A model generated the notes under the pieces. The model made no database searches. It saw only the letters and a list, made by a program, of their open reading frames with translations, and was not told the DNA's origin. The translations under genes were made by a program, and so were the position numbers. Below, in pieces: positions 18,472 to 26,359 of a stretch of 64,000 nucleotides of DNA (positions are counted from its first letter, which is position 1; every line of letters starts with the position of its first letter). The DNA is from Candidatus Saccharimonadota bacterium (GTDB taxonomy: Bacteria > Patescibacteriota > Saccharimonadia > Saccharimonadales > Saccharimonadaceae). The DNA lies in the NCBI GenBank assembly GCA_017652105.1, contig JAGCBP010000020.1:41935-105934 (forward strand), given 5' to 3'.

Positions 18472-20565
18472 TTATTTTGAGTTTCTCTTTTCAATAATCT
18501 CTTGAGCTACATTTGGTGGTACTTCCTCGTACCCGTAAAGCTCCATCGAAGATGCCGCCCGACCTTGAGTCATACCACGAAGATCGCCGGTATACCCGAA
18601 GAGGTTAGCTAGTGGGCAGAAGGCTTTAATTAGCTTAGCGCCACCGTTCAAATCTTCCATCTCATCAATTCGGCCACGCCGAGAGTTGATATCGCCAATC
18701 ACATCGCCCATGAAATCTTCTGGAGTGGTAATTTCCATTTTCATTACAGGCTCAAGTAGTACTGGGTTAGCTTTTGCGATACCTTCGCGAGTCGCAAGTG
18801 CACCAGCCAAGGTAAAGGCGAGCTCGGAAGAGTCTACATCGTGGTAAGAACCATCATAGAGCGTAGCTTTGACATCTACCACTGGATACCCAGCAATCAC
18901 GCCACCAGCCAAAGTGTCTTCCACACCTTTTTGGACTGGTTTACGGTATTCCTGAGGCACCACGCCACCTTTAATCTGATCAATAAACTCAAAGCCTTTT
19001 CCTGTTTCATTCGGCTCAAATTTGATCCAAACATCACCATATTGGCCACGGCCACCAGATTGTTTGATGTGCTTACCTTGAGCTTCGGCAGTGCCGCGAA
19101 TAGTTTCACGATAGGCCACTTGCGGTGCACCAGTGTTAGCCTCTACGCCGTGCTCACGCTTCAAACGGTCGATGATAATTTCTAGGTGAAGTTCGCCCAT
19201 ACCAGAGATAATAGTCTGACCGGTTTCCTCATCGGTGTGTACGCGGAAAGTTGGATCTTCCTCGGCCATCTTGGAAAGGCCGATACCCATTTTTTCTTGG
19301 TCGGCTTTAGTCTTTGGCTCCACGGCGATTGATACCGGTGGATCTGGAAATTCAATGCTTTCTAGCAAGATTGGGTGAGCCGGATCGCAAATGGTAGTAC
19401 CAGTAGTACAGTTTTTAAGTCCTACTACTGCGGCAATATCGCCCGCGCCAATTTCGTTAATGTCTTTTCGGTCATTGGCATGCATCCGTACCAAACGTCC
19501 GATTCTCTCCTTATCACCAGTGGTAGCGTTCATTACAGTATCGCCAGATTTAAGTTTACCAGCGTAGACCCGGATAAAGATTAATTTACCGACAAATGGA
19601 TCAGTTGCAATCTTGAACGCAAGCGCAGTAAGTGGCTCTTTGTCGTCAGCTTTTCTGATGATTTGATCGCCAGTCTTTGGATCAGTACCAACGGTTTGAC
19701 CTTGATCGCGATCAAGCGGAGATGGCAAATAATCAGTCATCAGGTCAAGTACTTTTTCTACGATCACACCACGACCATCGCCACCGGTGACCAAGAAGAA
19801 GTCACCATCAAGCACGCGTTTTCTAAGAGCGGCTTTGAGCTCATCTATAGTAATAGAATCCTCGCCTTCAGAGAAGTATTTATCCATCAGCTGTTCGTCG
19901 GCCTGAACTGCTTCCTCTACAAGCATGGAACGAGCGTTTTTGGCTTTTTCTACCATGTCTGCTGGGATTTCACCCACGGTGAGCTCATGGTCGGCATAAT
20001 CTTTGTAAGTGTAAGCCTTCATGTCAATAAGATCTACTACACCACAAATATCCTTTTCAAAACCAATCGGCAAATGAATTGCTACCGCATTTTTAGAAAG
20101 ACGCTTGTGAATTGACTCTAGAGATTTGTAAAAATCCCCACCGATCTGATTAATCTTATTAACAAAACAGATGCGTGGCACACCGTATTTAGTCGCTTGG
20201 CGCCAGACGGTTTCGGACTGAGCTTCCACACCCATTTTACCGTCAAATACCACCACTGCGCCATCGAGGACACGCAAAGAGCGCTCCACCTCTGCGGTAA
20301 AGTCGATATGCCCCGGAGTATCGATAATGTTAATCTGATGATTTTTCCAATAAACGGTCACCGCCGCCGAAGTAATCGTAATACCACGTTCCTTCTCTTG
20401 TTCCATCCAGTCAGTGTCAGCACCACCGGTACCACCCTTCACTAGGTCGATTTTGTGTTTGAGACCAGTCCGATAGAGAATCGCCTCCGAGGTCGTGGTC
20501 TTGCCTGCATCAATATGAGCGATAATGCCAATATTTCGCAGTTTACTTAAGTCAGTATTTGCCAT
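18472..20565 (-). CDS. fusA: Elongation factor G
   Basis: NIGIIAHIDAGKTTT G-domain, 697 aa. SD AAAGGAGAAT. Confidence 0.98.
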   Translation of the reverse strand: MANTDLSKLRNIGIIAHIDAGKTTTSEAILYRTGLKHKIDLVKGGTGGADTDWMEQEKERGITITSAAVTVYWKNHQINIIDTPGHIDFTAEVERSLRVLDGAVVVFDGKMGVEAQSETVWRQATKYGVPRICFVNKINQIGGDFYKSLESIHKRLSKNAVAIHLPIGFEKDICGVVDLIDMKAYTYKDYADHELTVGEIPADMVEKAKNARSMLVEEAVQADEQLMDKYFSEGEDSITIDELKAALRKRVLDGDFFLVTGGDGRGVIVEKVLDLMTDYLPSPLDRDQGQTVGTDPKTGDQIIRKADDKEPLTALAFKIATDPFVGKLIFIRVYAGKLKSGDTVMNATTGDKERIGRLVRMHANDRKDINEIGAGDIAAVVGLKNCTTGTTICDPAHPILLESIEFPDPPVSIAVEPKTKADQEKMGIGLSKMAEEDPTFRVHTDEETGQTIISGMGELHLEIIIDRLKREHGVEANTGAPQVAYRETIRGTAEAQGKHIKQSGGRGQYGDVWIKFEPNETGKGFEFIDQIKGGVVPQEYRKPVQKGVEDTLAGGVIAGYPVVDVKATLYDGSYHDVDSSELAFTLAGALATREGIAKANPVLLEPVMKMEITTPEDFMGDVIGDINSRRGRIDEMEDLNGGAKLIKAFCPLANLFGYTGDLRGMTQGRAASSMELYGYEEVPPNVAQEIIEKRNSK

Positions 20566-20608
20566 ATTCTCCTTTTATAATTTATATTCAAAAAAATATA
20601 CTGCAACC

Positions 20609-20637
20609 ATTATACCATATTTTTTTACTTTTAGTAA
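20609..20637 (-). promoter_or_regulatory. Promoter (TTACTA-17-TGgTATAAT) for fusA
   Basis: -10 at 20609-20614 with TGG immediately upstream. Weak -35 at 20632-20637. Confidence 0.5.
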
Positions 20638-20660
20638 AAAATTCCCACCCCTGAGGTATA

Positions 20661-20689
20661 TTGACTTTTTTAGTGAAGTGTGGTATAAT
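20661..20689 (+). promoter_or_regulatory. Near-consensus promoter TTGACT-17-TGTGgTATAAT
   Basis: -35 at 20661-20666, -10 at 20684-20689. Drives the 139-aa orphan gene. Confidence 0.75.
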
Positions 20690-20730
20690 TAAAAGAGTGA
20701 CCATAAGCACATTAACAAAGGGGGTAAAAC

Positions 20731-21150
20731 ATGGATACAAACAACGCCAAAGAGGAAAAATGGCTAGATGAAGCTATCTCAGATGAAATAAAAAAACTCT
20801 CTCGAAATAAAGGTGCTGCAGAAGCTCTCAGTGCTTTAGCAAAGAATAATTACACCTGGGTTTTGAAAGAGTATTTCGAATTTCCAAAAGTAGTTTTGAA
20901 ATCCTATGAGTTTAGGATAATTTACGAGGTGTGTTGCAACAAGGATGTCGAACTCTTTGCTTCAACTATTCGCTTACTAAACTACCTTGATCCCGGCATG
21001 GTTCACGGCAATTTAGCCGTAGACCAACCGCTCAAATTTATCGAAAACCCGGTTAAGATCTCTGAGGACAAAAAAATGGCAAGGCAGACTTTAAGAATTT
21101 TGGCAACAGATTTTACAAAGCGTTACATTAGCGCAAACAAATACTTGTAA
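20731..21150 (+). CDS. Hypothetical cytoplasmic protein (139 aa), no recognisable domain
   Basis: Has its own consensus promoter, a long SD (AAAGGGGGTAAAAC) and its own terminator. Opposite strand to both flanking genes. Confidence 0.5.
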   Translation: MDTNNAKEEKWLDEAISDEIKKLSRNKGAAEALSALAKNNYTWVLKEYFEFPKVVLKSYEFRIIYEVCCNKDVELFASTIRLLNYLDPGMVHGNLAVDQPLKFIENPVKISEDKKMARQTLRILATDFTKRYISANKYL

Positions 21151-21162
21151 TTCATGGTCACA

Positions 21163-21190
21163 TGGCCCACTATCAGTGGGCCAATTTTTT
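21163..21190 (+). terminator. Rho-independent terminator after the 139-aa gene (overlaps the gatB 3' end)
   Basis: Stem TGGCCCAC/GTGGGCCA with a 5-nt loop, followed by ATTTTTT. Confidence 0.7.
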
Positions 21191-22588
21191 GCGCAAAATT
21201 TCTTGCACACTAGAAGGGTTGGCCTTGCCGTGAGATTCTTTCATCACTTGGCCGACCAAGAACCCAATTACCTTTTCTTCTCCATTTCTAAAATCTTCTT
21301 GAGCCTTCTGAGTTTCTGGCTTGGCCAATACTGTATCTACAATAGCCTCCAATGCTCCTAGGTCATTCTCTTGCACCACACCGAGTTCTTTAGCGATAGT
21401 CTTAGCTTCCTTCCCCTTCATTTGCGGATCAAACATTTTTAAGAATACTTCTTTGGTGGCTGTAGAAGAAAGTTCTTTTTTCTCATTCATTTCAGCGAGA
21501 TCCGCTAATTGTGCCGCTGTCGGCAAATCATTTAGATATTCCGCCGACTTCTCTTCCGCCAAGAGTACTGAAGCAAATAAATTAGAAATCAAAACTACAT
21601 GTTTATTATCAATTTCATTTAATTTTTGCATTAATGCTGGGTAATCCAAGAGAATTTCCAAGATATCTTCTTTAATTACCCCACCAAACTTCTCCCTGTA
21701 ATCAGCCGGCATCATTGGTAACTTAGCCGACTCGCTAGCAATAAACTCATCAGTCAAATGAATCGGTGGCAAATCCGGCTCTGGCATATAGCGATAATCT
21801 TTGGCTTCCTCCTTTGAACGTTGACCGGTAGTTACGCCGGTCGCATCATTCCAGCCCAAAGTCTCCTGGATCACCCGGCCACCTTTGTCTAGAATCTTAG
21901 ACTGTCGAGAAATTTCATATTCTACTGCCCGCTCTACCGAACGGAACGAGTTGAGATTTTTAACTTCCGCCCTAGTTCCTAATTCATCAGAGCCTTCTGG
22001 CGCCAAAGATACATTCACGTCGAATCGCATATTACCATTATAAAGATCGCCATAGGTTACTCCGGCAAAGCACATTAATCTCCACAGTTCTTTGCAATAG
22101 TCATGTGCATCTTTGCTTGAGTGAATATCCGGCTCGCTCACGATCTCGATTAGCGGTGTATCCACTCGGTTCAAATCTACCAAAGAATAAGTATCAAAAT
22201 GGGTCAATTTTCCCGCATCACCCTCGAGGTGTGCGTGATTAATCCGTACTTTATTACCTGACGGAAGCTCTACATACCCCGATCCAATAATTGGCTGATA
22301 AAATTGTGTAATTTGATATCCTTTTGGCGAATCTGGATAAAAATAGTGCTTGCGATCAAACCTAGAAAATTGATTAATCTCGCAATTCATCGCTCGCCCA
22401 GCCAAAATACACATCCTCACTGCTTCCCCGTTTAAGCGTGGTAGCATTCCCGGCAACGCATAATCTACCGGCGACACACAAGAATTCGGTTCCTTCCCTC
22501 TCGCGTCGTTGTCTACTTCTGAGAACAATTTAGTCTTTGTGCAAAGTTGGACATGGCATTCAATTCCAATTGTTGGGTAATATTTCAT
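21173..22588 (-). CDS. gatB: Asp/Glu-tRNA amidotransferase subunit B
   Basis: IGIECHVQL N-terminus, 471 aa, C-terminal YqeY-like tail. Confidence 0.95.
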   Translation of the reverse strand: MKYYPTIGIECHVQLCTKTKLFSEVDNDARGKEPNSCVSPVDYALPGMLPRLNGEAVRMCILAGRAMNCEINQFSRFDRKHYFYPDSPKGYQITQFYQPIIGSGYVELPSGNKVRINHAHLEGDAGKLTHFDTYSLVDLNRVDTPLIEIVSEPDIHSSKDAHDYCKELWRLMCFAGVTYGDLYNGNMRFDVNVSLAPEGSDELGTRAEVKNLNSFRSVERAVEYEISRQSKILDKGGRVIQETLGWNDATGVTTGQRSKEEAKDYRYMPEPDLPPIHLTDEFIASESAKLPMMPADYREKFGGVIKEDILEILLDYPALMQKLNEIDNKHVVLISNLFASVLLAEEKSAEYLNDLPTAAQLADLAEMNEKKELSSTATKEVFLKMFDPQMKGKEAKTIAKELGVVQENDLGALEAIVDTVLAKPETQKAQEDFRNGEEKVIGFLVGQVMKESHGKANPSSVQEILRKKLAH

Positions 22589-23007
22589 TAGATTGCTCCT
22601 ATATCCTTTAAGGCTTTTTTATAAATTGCGAGTGCAACTGTCGCTTGTCGATAAGTGATCTCAAGATCATCCTCATGTGCGAGAGCATTGCGAAGTTTAT
22701 GCGCTTTCCACACTGCATTAATTTCAGAAAATTTATCTTTGCTATGTTTCAACCTCTCCCCCATATTTTTGCCAGGAATTCCCATCTCCATCATGGCTTT
22801 GTCTAGTAATTTATCTCCGTCTATCACGGTTTTCATAAAAGTTGCCGAACTGTTTTTGTTCAAACCGTTCTCAATTTTCAAAAATCTAGTCTGGTAAGCT
22901 TCCTTATCAAAGCGATGTTGGCGTTTTTTAGTTACCATCATTGCGATAAGAACTAGTCCTGCCACGATCAAAATCGCGATAATAAATGGTGCAGCTCCAC
23001 TTTCCAC
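22588..23007 (-). CDS. Membrane-anchored small protein with an HEPN-like Rx4H motif, embedded in gatCAB
   Basis: N-terminal TM helix (PFIIAILIVAGLVLIAMMV) followed by a helical domain of about 110 aa containing KLRNALAHE (nt 22675-22692). 1-nt overlaps with the gatA stop and the gatB start. Confidence 0.55.
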   Translation of the reverse strand: MESGAAPFIIAILIVAGLVLIAMMVTKKRQHRFDKEAYQTRFLKIENGLNKNSSATFMKTVIDGDKLLDKAMMEMGIPGKNMGERLKHSKDKFSEINAVWKAHKLRNALAHEDDLEITYRQATVALAIYKKALKDIGAI

Positions 23008-24383
23008 TATGCTTCCTCCAAAACTTTAGAGAATTCAATCAAGGCTTTGTCGCTTCTCCTTGGACCAACTAACTGCAACCCGATTGGCAGGCCATTTTTG
23101 GTCTCACCCGCCGGAATGGCGAGCCCCGGTACCCCAGCCAAATTTAAGGATACACTCATCATATCTTCAAGATACATTGCTACCGGATCATTTACCTTCT
23201 CGCCTAGTTTGAATGCCGGATTTGGCGCCACTGGTGTCAAAATAAAATCACATTTCAAAAAAGCTGCCGCGTATTCTTTAATAATCAAAGTTCGGACTTT
23301 AGCGGCTTTCAAAAAATATGCATCATAAAAGCCAGATGACAAGACGAAATTTCCAATCATAATTCGCCGTTTATTTTCTGGCATAAAACCTTCATCGCGT
23401 GTATTAGCATATAATTCATTCAAACCTTTTGAATTTTCCGAGCGAAAACCATACCGCACCCCATCATAACGTGAAAGATTAGAAGCGATTTCTGCTGGTA
23501 CGATAATATAATAAGCCGCCAAAGCGTATTTGAGCGCCGGCATTTCTAGCTCTACGATTTCGTAACCTTTAGACTTCAGCGCCTCACATTTGTTTTTTAG
23601 AGCTTCTCTGATCTCCGGGTCTACCGAATCATTGTCAAAATCTTTGATGACGCCAATTTTGTTTACGTTTGCAATTTTATTATTATTGTAATAATCGTCA
23701 AGTGTAGTAAGATCTTTAGAATCTTTACCCGAAGCAATTTCCATTAAAAGATCCATATCATCCGGAGTTTTAGTAAAGAATCCAATACAATCGGTCGATG
23801 AAGCCATCGCTACCACGCCGTACCTAGAAATACATCCGTAAGTCGGTTTAAGTCCATACACTCCATTAAACGAAGCCGGTTGCCGAATCGAGCCACCCGT
23901 ATCTGTACCAGTAGCAAATTCCACAATATTAAGCGCCACCGCCACCGCCGAACCACCAGAAGACCCACCAGCTACTCGTTCACGATCATGGCTATTTAAA
24001 GTTGGCCCAAAATAGGAATTCTCAGTAGAAGAACCGTGCGCAAAGGCATCCAAATTGGTCCGCCCGATCGGAATAGCGCCTTCGGCCTCTAATTTTGCTA
24101 CCGCCGTAGCCGTAATCGGAGATGGAAAACCCTGAAGAATGTGCGCCGAAGCTGTAGTGTCACCAAACGGCGCCAAAAAATTATCTTTAATCGCAAAAGG
24201 CACTCCCGCGAGTCTACCGACTTTCTCTCCAGCAGCAATTTTTGCGTCGATTTCGGCTGCCTTCTCAAGAGCCCCTTTCTCATCTAAAAAAGTAAAAATA
24301 TTATAATCTTCGAATTCGTGTGCTTTATCAAGCGCATCTTGTACTAATCTCGTGGCGGTTACGGTTTTGTTTGCAGTTTTCAT
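23007..24383 (-). CDS. gatA: Glu-tRNA(Gln) amidotransferase subunit A
   Basis: Amidase signature GGSSGGSAVAVA..., 458 aa. Confidence 0.95.
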   Translation of the reverse strand: MKTANKTVTATRLVQDALDKAHEFEDYNIFTFLDEKGALEKAAEIDAKIAAGEKVGRLAGVPFAIKDNFLAPFGDTTASAHILQGFPSPITATAVAKLEAEGAIPIGRTNLDAFAHGSSTENSYFGPTLNSHDRERVAGGSSGGSAVAVALNIVEFATGTDTGGSIRQPASFNGVYGLKPTYGCISRYGVVAMASSTDCIGFFTKTPDDMDLLMEIASGKDSKDLTTLDDYYNNNKIANVNKIGVIKDFDNDSVDPEIREALKNKCEALKSKGYEIVELEMPALKYALAAYYIIVPAEIASNLSRYDGVRYGFRSENSKGLNELYANTRDEGFMPENKRRIMIGNFVLSSGFYDAYFLKAAKVRTLIIKEYAAAFLKCDFILTPVAPNPAFKLGEKVNDPVAMYLEDMMSVSLNLAGVPGLAIPAGETKNGLPIGLQLVGPRRSDKALIEFSKVLEEA

Positions 24384-24667
24384 AATACTTTCGGCACCTT
24401 TATCTGATTATCTTTTTGCTCATGGGTTAACGCCAGCAAATCCTCGCGTGTAGCTTCTTGCTCTAGAATCTCATCGTCTCGCCAAACATTTTCCATTTCA
24501 AAAACTTGATAAGTTGGCTCTACATCTGTCACGTCAATTGTATCAAGCTGAGAAATATATTTCAAAATTTCCCCAAGGTCCTTTTTCAAAGACATACGTT
24601 CATCGTCGGACACCGAAAAATTAGACAATTCAGCCAAATGCAAAATAGTGTCACTCTCTACTTCCAT
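24380..24667 (-). CDS. gatC: Asp/Glu-tRNA amidotransferase subunit C
   Basis: 95 aa, 4-nt overlap with gatA, typical GatC pattern (HLAELS...L...L..IL.Y...L..IDV). Confidence 0.85.
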   Translation of the reverse strand: MEVESDTILHLAELSNFSVSDDERMSLKKDLGEILKYISQLDTIDVTDVEPTYQVFEMENVWRDDEILEQEATREDLLALTHEQKDNQIKVPKVL

Positions 24668-24674
24668 ACAGACT

Positions 24675-24680
24675 ATTATA
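24675..24680 (-). promoter_or_regulatory. -10 box TATAAT 7 nt upstream of the gatC ATG (leaderless)
   Basis: Minus strand reads TATAAT-AGTCTGT-ATG. No SD. Confidence 0.5.
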
Positions 24681-24685
24681 CTATT

Positions 24686-26326
24686 TTACTTCACGTTTTT
24701 AAATAGTTTTTTCTTAATAAAATTCAAAATTGGATCAGCTTCTTTCAAATTTAAGAAAAAGCTTGCCGCAATATAAGAAGCAAAAGACACTACAGCAATT
24801 AGCAAAAATCTCGGAATAGTAATTACGAGCGAAGTATCGGTCGCACGAAGCGGTATAAACTTTGTCATCGAAAATGCCACGCACCCACAAATCACCATTG
24901 CAAGAAGCATTCTAAAGAACGCTTTCCAGAATTCTCTGTCTAGGATTACTCCACCGCTACGTTTTTGCAAAATTGAAAGCAAAATAACAATTTCAATAAA
25001 AGCACCAACGGATTGTGCCGTACCAAGCCCATCCACGCCCCAACCAGCAAAATACGCTATTACCGAAAGTCCGACAGTCAGCCCGATCGCCACAATTGAG
25101 ACGATAAACGGAGTTTTTGTATCTTGATAAGCGTAGAATCCACGTGAAGCAATGTGAAAAATCGATCTCGCAAAAATTGCCACACATAAAGTCCCGAGAA
25201 TCGAAGCCATTGTACCGTTACTATCGTTGTTACCAATATTAGAAATAAATGACACTACGTAGCCTCGCCCAAAAAACGCGATGACCGACACAGGTAGCGC
25301 TATCCAAATAATCGTCCTGAGTGCCTGTCTAAAAGTGTTATAGAAATCTCGTTTATTCCCTGTGCCAAGCTCCTCGGTTAATTTTGGGAAAAATGCCGTT
25401 GAAATCGCCACCCCAATTAAACTTACCGGCACCGTATGGAGTGTAGTGGCCTGATCGAACGATCGCACTGCACCCGGACCCATTCTAGAAGACAAGTTGG
25501 TCGAAACAATTGAATTCACATAATCTATTCCTTGGTCAAGTGAACGTGGTGGTAACAGCCTAAGAATTTTCCTAAAACCTTGATTTTTCCAATTAATTTT
25601 ATATTCATAATCAAAACCTAGCCCAAACATCCCGATCAGTGCCACAATAAGCTGCAAGATTGCGCCAAGTACTACGCCGAGTGCTACACCCATGATGCCG
25701 CCCTCAAACACCTGCACCCCAAACAAGTTAATTCCACCAGTAAAACAAGTAATACCAATAATGATACCTATATTATATATAGTCGGTGCAAATGCATAAA
25801 ATACAAATCTCCTGACTGCTTGTTGCATCGAAGTTAGAACTGTCGCGATCGAAAATAGAAACGGGTTTACCGCAATCACGCGTGTCATATTAATAGCGAG
25901 AATTGTACCAGATTCGTCTAGACCAGGCGAAACTACATATCTAATTAAAGGATCGGCAAAAATCATAATCAGAACCGATGTGATTAAAGTCAAAATTGCT
26001 AATAGGTTTAAAAGCGAAGAAGACAATTCCCATGCAGATTTTTTGTTTCCTGAAGCCAACCTTTGGTTAAAAACTGGAATGAACGAAACTGCAAGAGCAC
26101 CAGAAGTTAAAATGAAAAACATAAAATCCGGAATCGTAAATGCTGCCGTATAAGCATCAATCCCGGTAGGATAAGTGCCGAGATAATAGGAGTTTAAAAG
26201 TCGGTCACGAAAAAGTCCCAAAAGTGCCGAAATTAAACTCGACGACGCCAGTACGATTGCTGCCGACCTTACTGATAACTTCAGATTAGCAAGCTGGGTC
26301 ACGGACTTAAAATGAAACTTTTTCAT
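24686..26326 (-). CDS. murJ: Lipid II flippase MurJ (MviN family)
   Basis: Multi-TM protein with the MurJ N-terminal pattern (SAAIVLASSSLISALLGLFRDRLL). Start set at the ATG at 26326; the extension to 26422 is rejected. Confidence 0.8.
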   Translation of the reverse strand: MKKFHFKSVTQLANLKLSVRSAAIVLASSSLISALLGLFRDRLLNSYYLGTYPTGIDAYTAAFTIPDFMFFILTSGALAVSFIPVFNQRLASGNKKSAWELSSSLLNLLAILTLITSVLIMIFADPLIRYVVSPGLDESGTILAINMTRVIAVNPFLFSIATVLTSMQQAVRRFVFYAFAPTIYNIGIIIGITCFTGGINLFGVQVFEGGIMGVALGVVLGAILQLIVALIGMFGLGFDYEYKINWKNQGFRKILRLLPPRSLDQGIDYVNSIVSTNLSSRMGPGAVRSFDQATTLHTVPVSLIGVAISTAFFPKLTEELGTGNKRDFYNTFRQALRTIIWIALPVSVIAFFGRGYVVSFISNIGNNDSNGTMASILGTLCVAIFARSIFHIASRGFYAYQDTKTPFIVSIVAIGLTVGLSVIAYFAGWGVDGLGTAQSVGAFIEIVILLSILQKRSGGVILDREFWKAFFRMLLAMVICGCVAFSMTKFIPLRATDTSLVITIPRFLLIAVVSFASYIAASFFLNLKEADPILNFIKKKLFKNVK

Positions 26327-26333
26327 ATATTTA

Positions 26334-26353
26334 ATTATAACACGTGGTATAAT
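26334..26353. promoter_or_regulatory. Back-to-back -10 boxes sharing a CACGTG core (murJ on minus, PBP1A on plus)
   Basis: ATTATAACACGTGGTATAAT. Minus strand reads TGtTATAAT 7 nt before the murJ ATG. Plus strand reads TGgTATAAT 6 nt before the PBP1A ATG. Confidence 0.6.
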
Positions 26354-26359
26354 AAATGT

